DNA of 64,000 nt from Octopus sinensis (lineage: Eukaryota), in contig NC_042997.1 of assembly GCF_006345805.1 (NCBI RefSeq), positions 123,194,001-123,258,000 on the forward strand. The letters are read 5' to 3'. The position numbers and the translations under genes were made by a program. The first letter of the stretch is position 1; each line of letters begins with the position of its first letter. Below are positions 1 through 13,771 of this stretch, one piece after another. Under the pieces are notes generated by a model. That model made no database searches. It saw only the letters and a program-made list of their open reading frames with translations, and was not told the DNA's origin.

Positions 1-279
1 GCGTGTGTGCGTTTATCTGTGTGTGTGTATGTGTGGTGGAGTAGGGCTTTGTGGATGTAAGAGTATACTAGTGAGTGCTGTGTATCTTAGTATAGTGCAT
101 GTAATGTTTATATAACCGGACAAATTCGGCAGTATAGTATGTAATCGGTGGGCATCCGTATGAAAGTCTCTATCAGAAGAGATGAAAGCAAGAGCGAGGA
201 TACTAGATCAATGGAATTTATGAAATAAATAGGACAATAACAGTGCTGTAAGGTGATATTTATGCGCAAGTAGGACTGT

Positions 280-487
280 GGGCTGGCAGAATCGTTAACA
301 TGCCGAGAAGAACGTGTCTCAGCATTTCGTCCGTCTTTTCGTTCTGAGTACCAATTCCGCCGAGGTCGACTTAGACTTTCATATTAACGAGGTCGATAAA
401 ATAAGTACCAGTTGATGATTGGAGCTGATATAACCAACTCACCCCCGTCCGCGAAATTGCTGGCCTTGTGCCAAAAATTAAAACCAA
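280..487 (+). mobile_element. tRNA-derived SINE family A, tail variant A' (degenerate)
   Basis: Matches the other family A copies (gctggcagaatcgttaac...ccgccgaggtcgactt...gtcgataaaataagtacc); ends in the gctggccttgtgcc tail type. Confidence 0.8.
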
Positions 488-543
488 TACTTATGTACAA
501 GTGTATCCGAAAAATGCGAATGCTCGGAAATGCCATTTTTCGC

Positions 544-934
544 TTACTCTTTTACTTGTTTCAGTCATTTGACTGCGGCCATGCTGGAGCACCACCTTTA
601 GTCGAGCAAATCGACCCCAGGACTTATTTTTGGAAGCCTAGTACTTATTCTATCAGTCTCTTTTCCTGAACCACTAAGTTACGGGGATGTAAACACACCA
701 GCATTGGTTGTCAAGCGATGTTGGGGCGACAACCACAGACACAAACACACACACATATACATACATTTATACGACGGGCTTCTTTCAGTTTCCGTCTTCC
801 AAATCCACTCACTAGCCTTTGGTTGGCCCGAGGCAATAGTAGAAGACACTTGTCCAAGGTGCCACGCAGTGGGACTGATCTCGGAACTATGTGGTTGGTA
901 AGCAAGCTACTTACCACACAGCCACTCCTGCGCC
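544..934 (-). mobile_element. tRNA-derived SINE family B (internal microsatellite, GTAAAAGA tail)
   Basis: Reverse complement has A box tggctgtgtgg, a B-box-like segment, ccttggacaagtgtctt, central CA/TA repeat, and 3' tail gctccagcatggccgcagtcaaatgactgaaacaagtaaaagag. One of nine copies in the window. Confidence 0.9.
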
Positions 935-1789
935 TTATTTATTTTTATTCGAGATGTAAGCTTTCTATTAATATTTGAAAATAATTGAAAAATAAATGAA
1001 TTCAATCAATTCAGGAAAACGAAAAATGCAATTAATAACTGTTACACAATGATGGTGTGAGAAGAAAGTGACAAATTCCACGAAGATGGAAAAGACCACA
1101 ATGTAAAAACTGGTAGAATTCATAGAGAAAATGTAACTGTGGTGAAAGATTGGAAAGGTAAATGTAACACACGTGGTGTAGATTGGAAACGGCAGTGGGG
1201 GAGAAACTTTATCTTTTTTGTGTGAGAAGAATGGTCAGTAAGGAAATGAAGCAGCAGGGAACAGAAGTGTAATTGGGAACGAAGACGAGGCGGGTGGAAT
1301 TGGGGAGGAAATATGCAATTCGAAGCTGTTAACCAAAACATGGGTAGCGACGTCTAATAGAAAGTATGAGTGTGTACGTGTGAGGTGTGGTGGTGGTGGT
1401 GGTGGAGGTGTTGCAGGTGGGGCTTGTGTGTGTGTGAATGAATGTGATTCTAGATGCGAATAAGAAATAGATGCATCGTTGATGTCGAGTGGCGTGGAAT
1501 ATAGTGTTCGAGTCTAAACGTAAGACTTAGGGATTTGAGTGGAATAGTCACTGGAGAGGATTCTCTGCAAATCTTTTGGACAAATGGTGGGTAGTTTGCT
1601 CTATAAAGATCAGAGAGCATATATCGTAGCTCGCTCAACTTACACATACACATATACAAACATAAATACACACAAACATACACACATGTGTGTTTGCATA
1701 TATACACACTTGTGATCACTTCAAACACCATGATTTTGATATATCTATCTATATATATATACATATATATACATATATATACATATATA

Positions 1790-2208
1790 ATCAAAATCAT
1801 AGTGTTTGAAGTGATCACAAGTGATGGCGAAATTCTACTCCCATTTATCTTCCCACACTGCCTCGACTCAACACGGAGACGTATATCTAGTCCTGGAGGA
1901 TGGAGTGCAGCCCTGGGTCAAGAGAGTGGCTGCTGGAAGACAAAAAAATCCCAGTCATGGCTGTCAGTTAATTTCTGCGACCACATTACCTCTAACGCCT
2001 GGCTACCTAACTCTCCAGATTGCAGCTCCTTGATTATTATGTTTTGAGTGCAGTTGAGCGATAGAACAACGAAACTCCTTGAAACACCAAAGATGAACTG
2101 AATGCAAAGATTATGGCAACATTCACGCTCTTAATCAAGATGACTTCCCAGAAGAGGTGTTGGAGATTCTGACATCGTTCGGAGCCAATCGGGAAAAAAT
2201 TTGAGTGA
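1790..2208 (+). mobile_element. Tc1/mariner-superfamily transposase C-terminal remnant (frameshifted)
   Basis: Translates IVFEVITSDGEILLPFIFPH...PWVKRVAAGR...WLSVNFCDHITSNAWLPNSPDCSSL, containing a decayed WPPNSPD-type motif. Same family as 27294-28525. Confidence 0.8.
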
Positions 2209-2286
2209 ATAAATTTAATCTTTCCAAGTTCAAGATGTCGGTGTTATTTTCATTTTTGTGTAATTTAGACGACTGTTTATTCACTG

Positions 2287-2321
<35 letters not shown>

Positions 2322-2542
2322 ATATATATATATATATATTATATATATATATATATGAAAGAATGGAGTCGAACGAAGATGTTAACAAAATTCCTTTACG
2401 AATTCTCCATGCTGCCGATAAACATAGGATAATTCATTCACCTGCTTATATATATATATATGTATATATATATATACACATATATACATATATATATATA
2501 CACATATATACATATATTTACATACACACACACACGCTCACG

Positions 2543-2593
<51 letters not shown>

Positions 2594-2653
2594 CCTTTTC
2601 ATCAATATAGATATGTTTGTGATTGTGTAAGTGCGCTGAATATTTATTACAGA

Positions 2654-3148
2654 CTAGCAGTATCGCCCGGCGTTGCTCGGGTTTGTAAGGGAAATAACTA
2701 TATAAGCATTTTTAGAGAGTTACTTCCCTTATAGATGCCAATTCGGGCTTTCTTAGCCATTTCTGTTTTGGTGTCTTCAAGCCATGAAGTCGTTGTTCTA
2801 AAAGAACGCTTTACGACGTTGATTTCCTTACACTTCCTTCCCCACAGCTTCACGAGGGAGGGAAGAAGGGGGAGAAGCAAACAGGTGCAGGTGTCACCAT
2901 GGACGCCAACTCCGCCGCCATCGACACACGAAAAATTATGCATTAAAATGGAATAAAAAATGATGTTAAATTATTTTAAAAATCGTAGACTCATCGTAGA
3001 CGCGCGCTAATACTGAGACGGGCTCGATATGAATCACGACTATAAGATACCCGAATTTGGTTAAACTGCACCGCAAAATGTGGGAGTAGTTAGGAATCTA
3101 AATCGAAGGGGACAGACACTCACACAACTACAGTTTTATATATATAGA
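2654..3148 (-). mobile_element. Non-autonomous Helitron
   Basis: Minus strand starts A|TC, ends with hairpin cccgagcaacgccggg then CTAG|T. Inserted between A and T with no TSD. Confidence 0.8.
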
Positions 3149-4237
3149 TATTTAACTGAAAGAAGCTATGAATGCAAACATATGGTTTTTGGGCTAGTGT
3201 TGTACAGAACAATAGGAAGGGAGTCTCATAAGTGACCGGTTCATTGTTAGTTAAACTTTCCAATCATAATAACTTCGATGAATTGATATATTATTGGTAA
3301 CATTCCAAGTAATTCTGCAAGAACTGATCTAGCAAAAAGAAAATAGTACTTATCTTATTACATAACGTTTACCTTATATCTACTATTAATTACTGATGAT
3401 ATTATGACTGCTGTTAGTTTATGTGTCTTTATATGAAATTGTAAGTAGTAGTAAATTCATTTTCAGGATTGAGCCCGGCTTAATTACACGAGGTAATATA
3501 TCTAGTAATGATAAATTCATTTTGGATATAAAATACTTTTAACGATATAAGACTACTACATTGTACCTCTGAAGATTTCGATATATCGCCCCTGAAGGGA
3601 TTGATACAAAATTCGCATTCATTCACTCGATTTAGTTGCGATACAGACATACACTATTCATTATCATCCACAGTGGAAATATATAATTGAACAGTGGATC
3701 AATAGCTTGGATTCAGACACAATTGTGCAATTAGACCTGGTGCAATATCTGTTATAATTTATTCTTTCCTCACATATATCGGTCATTCCACTGTAAATTG
3801 GCAAACAATACATCAATCTGAATTCAATTAGAATTCATTTACTTTCTCTTGCAAGTTTTCTTTTCCTGCTATCTCCCTTCCCTCACTTCTCATTCTAAAA
3901 ACACGTATATGTGTGCATATGCGTGATAAAGAGACTTTTAGTCTATTTCAGTGTCATTATCTCCCTATATATTTTTCTCTCAATTTGTTATTCTACGTCT
4001 CCCAGTCTTTGTACCTTTTCAGCACTACGAAGTAGGTCAGTACATTTTACAACTAAACATTCGGCACGTGTAATTGTCCTTAATACACGCACACAAAGAA
4101 AACACACGTTTGTTGTACCAACAAAGATGCTTTTATAAACTGTAATTGATGTAGCCTTTGCAAGTGACAATATGAATGAATCCCAAAATGCATTTATTTT
4201 GAAACTAACGCATGAAAACAACTCTAAATAAACTCAC

Positions 4238-4254
4238 CTACTGCAATATAGAGA
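4238..4254 (-). CDS. Candidate 17-nt micro-exon (LYIAV frame) of an unidentified host gene
   Basis: Minus strand ttctacttctttcacag|tctctatattgcagtag|gtgagt, preceded by a roughly 70-nt AG-free pyrimidine-rich tract with a gctaat branch-like motif. Phase is compatible with the exon at 18801-18900. No transcript evidence. Confidence 0.25.
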
Positions 4255-5312
4255 CTGTGAAAGAAGTAGAAATACAATTGATTTGGGAAAGTTATTGAAA
4301 GCATATTTAAGAATTAGCGCGCTAAGAGTGATAGAAAAATGAAAAGTGGTAAGATTTGAGGGACGAGGCAAGTGGAAATGGGTTTAAAAGAAATATAGTA
4401 AGTAACAGCACAAAGTAATCCCCAACGCAAGTGAAAAATAGTTTCTGAAGGGGAAGAGATGCAATAAATGAACAATTAGTGAATGTGTGAAACACTGTTA
4501 TGTATGACTGTGACATACAACGAATACTTTGGCAAAAGGGTGAAACTGTGTGTGGGTAAGAGTTCTGTGAGGATAATTCAGTTTTCTGTAACTGGAAAAA
4601 GGTGACTGATTCAGAAGAAGAGGGAAAAACGAAGTGCATTTCTGATCTGATTTGCGAGAAAAGTAATGTTTAAACATTCGAAAACATTGTTGACATAAAG
4701 AACGGACAGACAGTTATTTCCAAATACAAGAATGTAAAAACTTACTAGCGACTGACACTGAAGACAATATTTGAAGTAACAATGATTTTAAGAAAGATTA
4801 GGTGTTCATTAGAGTGGTACGGGCGTTCAAGTTCAGAATAATGTCGACAAGTGAATATTAATGCTTGGAGGGTTAAAATCCTACAGATTATACATAGTTG
4901 CCATTTCTTTTGCATTGATATTTACTTAACTATCCTCATACTTTAACACCAATGGGGAGCACAGTAGAGAATGCTTTCTCTTTCAAGTAGAAGCAAAATT
5001 CTCAAATTGATAACCGAATCTCTTGCAACATATTTTGGGATGTGGTGGTCCTACGCCACGATGCTACGTAAATTGAAGAGCAATAATAACGTTGCCATAT
5101 ATCATTTATAGAAAATAATATTAATCAAGATCTCATAATGGAACATGCTTGAAATAGGAGGGAAAGAAAAATATGTATATACTGTAGATTTATAATAATC
5201 TAAAGCAGTTGAAGAATATTGTGAATGTTTACAAAGTTATGGGCTACAGCGTTTACCAACGTTGTTGATAATGGTAATTACACAACACATACGTATGTAT
5301 TCATATATGTAC

Positions 5313-5688
5313 CTCTTTTACTCTTTTATTTGTTTCAGTCATTTGACTGTGTCATGGTGGAGCACCACCTTTAGTCGTGCAAATCGACCCCAGAACTTAT
5401 TCTATCGGTCCTTTTGCCGAACCGCTAAGCTACGGGGACGTAAACACACCAGCATCGGTTCTCAACCAATGTTGAGGAGACAAACACAAACACATAAACA
5501 CACACACACGCACACACATATACATATAAACGACGGGCTTCTTTCAGTTTCCGTCTGCCAAATCCATTCACAAGGCTTTGGTCGGCCCGAGGCTGTAGTA
5601 GAAGACACTTGCCCAAGGTGCCACGCAGTGAGAGTGAACCCGGAACCATGTGGTTGGTAAGGAAGCTACTTACCACACAGTCACTCCT
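5313..5688 (-). mobile_element. SINE family B
   Basis: Full head, body and tail match the other B copies. Confidence 0.9.
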
Positions 5689-5694
5689 ATGTAT

Positions 5695-5763
<69 letters not shown>

Positions 5764-8275
5764 CTGTAATTACCGCGACTCCCATAATACAGTTATTCGA
5801 GTTGCTTAAGTTATCAAGGAACGCTGTGCAAGTTCATTTGACTTTTGTAATACCGAATCATAAATCGTACAGTCACTCGCATTTAAATTAGTTAAGTTAA
5901 TATTAAACGTATGTGTTAAAATATCAGATAACAGATACTTATTTCCTGTTTTCCATTAAAAAGAAAATTAAAATGCTCTTACATTATTTTAGCAAATCTA
6001 TCAATAGTGATATTGTCATTGATTGTTCACAACTTCTTGAAATATATAAAACTGGGGGATAGAAAAACACTGTAAAATACACTGATCCATGATATAATTT
6101 TCCCTCATTGGTAGTTCAATTCCTTGAAATTCTACATCAAATTGATGCAGCAAAATAGAAACGGCAGCCGCAGAATACCGATTCTGCATTTGGCAAAGAA
6201 TGATTCAGTCGACGCATTGTACTCTCTGTCTCTCTCTCTGTCTCTCTCTCTCTCTCACTCACTCTCTTTCCCTGTGACTTTCATTTTCAACTTTTCGTAC
6301 GATGATTACAAAACTCCTGAATGAATTTGCTATCAATACACTCCCAAAACTTATTGCGTTTCTCCTCAAATTTAATTCCAAAATCATCCCTAGTGAATTC
6401 TCTTTCGTTTTCAGTTCGATAAATTACTTCTCTGCAAATTGCTTCCATAAAGTAATCACTACTATAGTTTAGATATAAACGGAACGAACTTCACCGGTTT
6501 TCTCAACCTCTCTAAGTAAGTGCAATTTATAATCATATATTAGCAGTAGAGACTTATACTTAATAAACTATTCTATCATAATTGTCTACAATCTATTATC
6601 CGTTTGCCATGAGTAAGCTGAAATGGATTACATTTCCATAGATTAGTTTTCCATGAATCCTACCTTTTGCCGATTCTACTCATTAACTGTTTCGAAAAGA
6701 AATGATTGATCACTGTGGAACAGTTTAAGCAAAGGTAGCCAACACTCAGATCGCTTTCAAATACTCATGAAGACAATGAAATCACTATTCATTTCGTAAG
6801 CTTTCGGCGGGTGTCGTAATTTTACGGAGCTCAATATCTGTATACTTTGCAAAGTTGACATAAGTTGATTTATTTTTGTTAAAATTGAATTAGTCTCTTT
6901 AATATCCTATTTCGAAATACTGGTAGGCGACGCACAAGATTTACTAGTCCTTTCGTGAAACATAAATATAATTAGAAACTCCTATGCTTTTCTCCAGACA
7001 AGTGGTAGACGAAATGAGCGGTTGAATGCTGGTTTAGATACAATACATTCGAAAAGTGCATAAGTATATCCCCAGTATATAAAACCAGCACCATTTTCCA
7101 AGATGTCAAGGGGTGCTAAATAATAGTTTATGTGGACTGTATTGCTATATTCAGGTTAACATCTAGAATTTGAAATTATTCCAACACAACAATCGCTGTA
7201 CATCGCTGTGTCAAGATATTGAAATGGTGAAAAATAAGTGTTTTTCATTTTGGCAGCTGAGAAGTTTTTTGTCCAAGAATTGAACAATTTATTGTAATAA
7301 GTATATAACTTTTCGGGTCATTCAGCTCTCCTTTGGAAATGAAAATGTTGTTATGTCATTTACGTCAGTATCTAAATATGGCCCCAAAAGAAAGCAAAAT
7401 TTATGATGGTACTATAATTCACTTGAGACATTTAAACATTTATTTTCATTCTACTGTCTAGTAGATTGTAGATAATTCTGACATTCTTGAAGACTGCCTC
7501 ATTTATAGGTTAACTTCTTGTACGTTGTTTATATAAAAATAATTGAACAATGTCACAGAGAGAGAGAGAGAGAGAAAGAGAGAGAAAGAAAGAAAGAAAG
7601 AAAGAAAGAAAAAAGAAAGAAAGAAAGAAAGAAAGAAAGAATCGTGATATTGCATGTGATTAAGCATTTTATCAAAATAACAGAAAGAGTAAAAATACAT
7701 GGAATTGGTTCATACAAAAGTAACTAAAATATTTTCGAGCATCCAGGGTTAATATCCGCTTCAATTTCATTGTATCTGGCGCTTATAATTCTGAAATGTT
7801 AACAGAACGTTTTAACAAATTTTTTCACGAGATTGCTGTGTGATCAATTTAACTGTTATAATTGGTATGTTCTTGTGATGTCGATAAAACACGAATTGTA
7901 AAATTTGAGGTCAGTAGCGCATTAGCAAATAAATAAATAATTAAAAAATAAGAATATAAAATAAAAATTTAAAATTTAAAATATTAATGTAATTTTCTTA
8001 AGATTTTACAAGAATTCTAGACATGATAAGATTGTCGAAAGGAAGTTGTATATGTTTTATTATTCTTCAAAACATTTTTAAATATTGTGTCTAAACATAG
8101 GATTGGATTTTAATGGAAGTGAGACGTAATGGAAGGCCTTGTACTTTTATGAAAAGTTTTACTATGTATTCATAGAATTTTCTCCACAAATGCTTTTAGG
8201 AAATACCAGGATTATAACACAGATATGCATGCACAAAATTGCAGCTCCACATGACCTCTACGTACACACATGCAT

Positions 8276-8306
<31 letters not shown>

Positions 8307-8614
8307 ATCATACGTACATAAATACAGGTGTGTACGTGTGTGCGAATGTATGTGTGTGTTTGTGCGTGTTTGCGTGTGTGTGTGGGTAAGTAGAGGGCCA
8401 ACTGAAAAAAGATAGCTACTTGGAAATTAAAAGGCATGGTACTTTTTATAGCATTATACCAAGACTTTAATGGCCATTTTTACTTTATGAATTTGCCATA
8501 ACTCACACGGTAATTACAGATGTACAGAGGTCCTGCAGTAAGTTCGTGTGAAAATGGCTACGCGTTCTCCAAACTCTCACCTCAATGAATTTGTTTAGGA
8601 AGGACTAAACATTG

Positions 8615-8666
8615 CTAGTAAATTTCGAAAACAGAAACTGAAAGAAAATACACACACACACGCACG

Positions 8667-8699
<33 letters not shown>

Positions 8700-8945
8700 C
8701 ACACACACACACACCCACACACACAAGCACACACGCACATGTTTGTGTGCGGGTAGGTATGCCTAGGTGTTTGCGTTATTGTGTCTGTGCTTGTGCCCCA
8801 ACACCGCTTGACAACCAATACGGACATGTTTACGTCAGTTCGGCCAACGTGTCTCATAGAATAAGTACTGGGATAGACCCGTTCGACTACGATTCTTCCA
8901 GACGGTGCCCCCACATATGTACAGTTTAATGACTGAAACAGTTGG
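8615..8945 (+). mobile_element. SINE family B-related, degenerate and 5'-truncated
   Basis: gaaactgaaagaa, CA/TG microsatellite, ccgcttgacaacc, atagaataagtactggg, gactgaaaca. Confidence 0.6.
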
Positions 8946-9052
8946 AACATAGCAGATAAATGATTCCAAAATATAATTCGCATGTGAATAGTGGTTAGCA
9001 TGGTTGATGTCAGAAGGGAATCGTATTATTAGTCTCTCTTCATACAGTACAT

Positions 9053-9283
9053 ATTTCTTTACAACCCTCAAGGGGCTAAACACAGAGGGGACAAACTGGG
9101 ACAGGTAAACGGATTAAGTCGATTACATCGACTCCAGTGCGTAACCGGTACTTACTTAATCGACCCCGAAAGGATGAAAGGCAAAGTCGACCTTGGCGGA
9201 ATTTGAAGACAGAACGTAGCGGCAGACGAAATATCGCTAAGCATTTCGCCCGGTGTGCTAACGATTCTGCCAGCTTGTCGCCT
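9053..9283 (-). mobile_element. SINE family A
   Basis: Reverse complement ggcgacaagctggcagaatcgttagcacaccgggcg...ttcaaattccgccaaggtcgactttgcctttcatcc...tttagccccttg tail. Confidence 0.9.
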
Positions 9284-9888
9284 TTAGTCAATATAATGAA
9301 GGCTTGTACGTTTTTGACTTCCCAAAAATAGCAAAGACCAGAGAATATTACATCTGTATGCTTATTTCTGGCTATTTAATTTCAGTTAGCTTATGCCACT
9401 AATATTAATCCCAATTGCAAAGTAAACATGCAGATATACTGAAGACAAATAAAGTAATAGAGAGTGCGTGGTACTTCGGGAAGTATTTCATGTATGAAAG
9501 TAAAGTAAGTTCATCAGCAAAGCATTGAACAAAAAATCTTCGTAAATACACGCAACTGCACACACATATAGATTTAAAGTGTACGTTTGTATAACAGTTC
9601 GACAACAAAACACATTATTTTCGATCGAATTGTCTATAGAATAAGGATGTCATAGATTTTCATTTGTGAGAATCAGATGAGCAAAACTTTTCTACAGAAA
9701 ATAGGAAACACGAAAAACCCGATGCGATAACACCCTCCAGGATATTTCCCTATTCCTCTGATAACCTTCATTCTTACGGTTTCTATTTATCAATTTGTGT
9801 ATGTTTCAACTCACCATAGCTGGAAGGTATGAAAGCTACATCTTTTCATTGCTAATACAATGAAGCATTATATCTGAAAACAGATCAA

Positions 9889-9998
<110 letters not shown>

Positions 9999-10062
9999 TG
10001 TGTGCGGGGGTGGATGTATGTGTATGTATATAAATATGTACATATACATACCTATATATATA

Positions 10063-10102
<40 letters not shown>

Positions 10103-10623
10103 AAACTCACATACATGCACATAAATATATATATGTATATATATATTATATATAAGGCTGTATCAAAAAGCTCTCATTTATACGTATGTATTCCTGCAGC
10201 AATATTAAAAGTTGTTCTTTTGTAGAAGAAAGAGAAGAAAAACAATCTAACCCCATAATACGTTATATTGTAATACCAAATGTATTTCATTATTTCGTTT
10301 ACCAGAAAAAAATATGTAGTACGTGCGATATAACGGAACGGGATAACATTGGTATCACAATGAATTCCCTTAACAGCATATTTCCTTAAAATGCCTTATT
10401 TGACTAACATAAATTGTTATGATTGCTATAACTGGTAGGCATAAGTAACAAGAACATTAAATAAGGTCCTTCATGCCCTTGGAAATATTAATTTACATTA
10501 AAATAATGTTGTTTTATGGCTCCAAGCTAGATATACGTTGGGGCATTGCTCACTTGACTGCATTACTGCTACTACTGCTACTGTTTCTCCAGTGAATGTT
10601 GCATATACATACAACCAATTCTA

Positions 10624-11189
10624 TTGGGTTGTCCGAAAAGTTCGTGCCGATTTATAGCAGCTTACCTTTCGACGTATGTTAGAACATGGTTGAGTTCACA
10701 AAATAGGATTTGACTACACCTCAATTTAGAGCTCAGTTTAAGCTATCTTTTCGTGGAAGAAGGTTTATGTTCCTATAACCTGTGTTAATTCTGTAACCCT
10801 TTAAAATGGAAGATAAGAAAGTTAATTTTCGGCACTTGATGCTTAGGGAATCAGACAAAAATTGCTGCAGCTCGGCTGGGATGTGTTACCCCATCCTCCA
10901 TATTCACCAGATATTGCTCCTTCGGATTTCCACTTATTCAGGTCTCTGCAGAATAGTCTTAATGGTAAAAATTTCAATTCCTTGGATGACGAAAAAAGAT
11001 ACCTTGATGAATTCTTTGCCATGAAATCACCTCAATTCTGGGAAGAGGGTATTTTCAAGTTAAAGGAAAGATGGAAGCGCATTGTGCAACAAATTGGTTC
11101 ATATTTGGTTGAATAAAAATGTAATGGCAAGTATTTATTGACCTTTTTCTATCCTTTAAAAATCGACACGAACTTTCTGGACAACACAA
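10624..11189 (+). mobile_element. Internally deleted mariner element with both TIRs
   Basis: TIRs ttgggttgtccgaaaagttcgtgccgattt and (reverse complement) ttgtgttgtccagaaagttcgtgtcgattt, with TA on both sides. N-terminus MEDKKVNFRHLML is joined to C-terminus LGWDVLPHPPYSPDIAPSDFHLFRSLQN (mariner YSPDxAPxD motif). Confidence 0.92.
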
Positions 11190-11621
11190 TATATCCAAAA
11201 AATATCATACATATGTTGAGCAGCTAGATAGTCGGCAACATTCCATAACCGCTATCTCGAACACGCACTGGCGTCTCTCTGTAGCACTGATCAATTCAAA
11301 TCTAAAAACGAACTTCAATAATTAAATAGATTGTAAGTTTAATTACTATGAATGGACTGGTAAAATAATTGATTGAACCTCTTCTGTAGAGAAAACAACA
11401 TTGTTCAACTATGCTTAAAAAGAAAACTAAGAAATGTGTGTAAACACAAGCAAACATGATAGAAGAAACAAGTACAACCACTGAAGCCTATCAACGTTTA
11501 TATCAAAATTTTCGTAACAAAAATCCTACACCGTCTGTGTATTCACACCAAGGACGTCCATTATCATTCTTAATCGAACTGTAAAACACTTGACTTGCAC
11601 ATTGACATGGAAACCATATCG

Positions 11622-11681
<60 letters not shown>

Positions 11682-11682
<1 letters not shown>

Positions 11683-12647
11683 TTCTGAATAATAAATGGC
11701 AAGAAAAACCTCTCTATGGCAAATACCCAAAGAGAGCGAATAATGCAGGTATTGACAAAGCCCTGACCCACCAATGGCTCATGGCCTCTGGCTTAAAATC
11801 TGAAACAAGTGTTTATCATAGCAGCTCAAGATCAATGCCTACCAACAAGAAACTACCAGGCCAATATATTAATGAACGGCAGTAGCCCAACATGTCGTGT
11901 ATGCCGACAACAAAATGAAACCATTGATCATGTTGTCTCCAAATGCAGTCTTCTAGCGCCAACAGAGTGCCTCAACAGGCATGATAGAGCTGCACAATAT
12001 ATTCACTGGGTAATTTACAAAAACATGGATGTGCCCCATGAAAAACACTGGTGGTAACACAATCCACCTCCAGTGCTTGAAAATGATCACATCTCACTCC
12101 TCTGGAACTTCACCATTCAAACCGACAGAAAGATAGATGCAAATAGGCCAGACATCATATTGAAAGACTTCAGACAAAGAACATGCCTCCTCATTGATAT
12201 GACTGTCCCAATCGATATAAACGTATCTGTCAAGACCTACCAAAAAACTGAGCAAATATAAAGATCTTGAAATAGAAATCAGCAAAATGTGGAACCTGAA
12301 GACTAAAACAATACCTGTTGTCATAGGTGCCCTGGGAATGATAGCAAAAGGGGCTGATTGCTACCTAACTCAGATACCAGAAAACCCCAAAATGGCAGAA
12401 ATTCAAAAGATAGTGCTCATGGGAACTGCTCATATCCTACGCAAAATACTCTCTATGTAATCCCAATTTTTAAAACAAACTTTTTTTTTAATTCATGTAT
12501 TAGACATTCACTAGTACAACACCAAAAAAATCCCAAATATATGGCACACTAGGCATAACAACAACGTGAACTTCCAACCTGTTGTCTCTTGAGGTCTCTG
12601 GGTGAGACTTGGAGCCAACTTGTACAGACATAAAGCAAAAGTCAAAC

Positions 12648-12649
<2 letters not shown>
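11682..12649 (+). mobile_element. 5'-truncated R4/Dong-clade non-LTR retrotransposon, copy 1 (zinc knuckle, REL endonuclease, 3' UTR; decayed)
   Basis: GLKSET..FIIAAQDQCL, CRVC..NETIDHVVSKC (CCHC), RHD, LWNFTIQTDRKIDANRPDII, CLLIDMTVP, K..KY.DL..EI..MW, PVVIGALG. Two frameshifts and a stop. (AAT)n on both sides. Confidence 0.9.
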
Positions 12650-12691
<42 letters not shown>

Positions 12692-12725
12692 TAATAATAA
12701 TAATAATAATGATAATAATAATAAT

Positions 12726-13689
12726 ATTCTGAATAATAAATGGCAAGAAAAACCTCTCTATGGCAATACCCAAAGAGAGCGAATAATGCAGGTATTGACA
12801 AAGCCCTGACCCACCAATGGCTCATGGCCTCTGGCTTAAAATCTGAAACAAGTGTTTATCATAGCAGCTCAAGATCAATGCCTACCAACAAGAAACTACC
12901 AGGCCAATATATTAATGAACGGCAGTAGCCCAACATGTCGTGTATGCCGACAACAAAATGAAACCATTGATCATGTTGTCTCCAAATGCAGTCTTCTAGC
13001 GCCAACAGAGTGCCTCAACAGGCATGATAGAGCTGCACAATATATTCACTGGGTAATTTACAAAAACATGGATGTGCCCCATGAAAAACACTGGTGGTAA
13101 CACAATCCACCTCCAGTGCTTGAAAATGATCACATCTCACTCCTCTGGAACTTCACCATTCAAACCGACAGAAAGATAGATGCAAATAGGCCAGACATCA
13201 TATTGAAAGACTTCAGACAAAGAACATGCCTCCTCATTGATATGACTGTCCCAATCGATATAAACGTATCTGTCAAGACCTACCAAAAAACTGAGCAAAT
13301 ATAAAGATCTTGAAATAGAAATCAGCAAAATGTGGAACCTGAAGACTAAAACAATACCTGTTGTCATAGGTGCCCTGGAATGATAGCAAAAGGGGCTGAT
13401 TGCTACCTAACTCAGATACCAGAAAACCCCAAAATGGCAGAAATTCAAAAGATAGTGCTCATGGGAACTGCTCATATCCTACGCAAAATACTCTCTATGT
13501 AATCCCAATTTTTAAAACAAACTTTTTTTTTAATTCATGTATTAGACATTCACTAGTACAACACCAAAAAAATCCCAAATATATGGCACACTAGGCATAA
13601 CAACAACGTGAACTTCCAACCTGTTGTCTCTTGAGGTCTCTGGGTGAGACTTGGAGCCAACTTGTACAGACATAAAGCAAAAGTCAAAC

Positions 13690-13691
<2 letters not shown>
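12726..13691 (+). mobile_element. R4/Dong-clade element, copy 2 (near-identical tandem duplicate)
   Basis: Same 5' truncation point and same lesions as copy 1. By eye it differs only by two 1-bp deletions. Confidence 0.9.
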
Positions 13692-13758
<67 letters not shown>

Positions 13759-13771
13759 TAATAATAATAAT

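Noticed and set aside
704-978. Recurrent ORFs ending ...EDTCPRCHAVGLNPEPCGW that look like a multi-copy small-protein family with CxxC
   Set aside because: They are antisense read-outs of SINE B. The frame is not conserved between copies and crosses the variable microsatellite.
3374-3411. Further minus-strand exon (AVIISSVINSRYK) in phase with the micro-exon
   Set aside because: The acceptor has no polypyrimidine tract, and a phase match is expected by chance one time in three.
11400-11622. Sequence upstream of the Dong array as a possible 5' part of the element
   Set aside because: No RT motifs or open frame continuous with copy 1, and it is separated from copy 1 by the AAT target tract.
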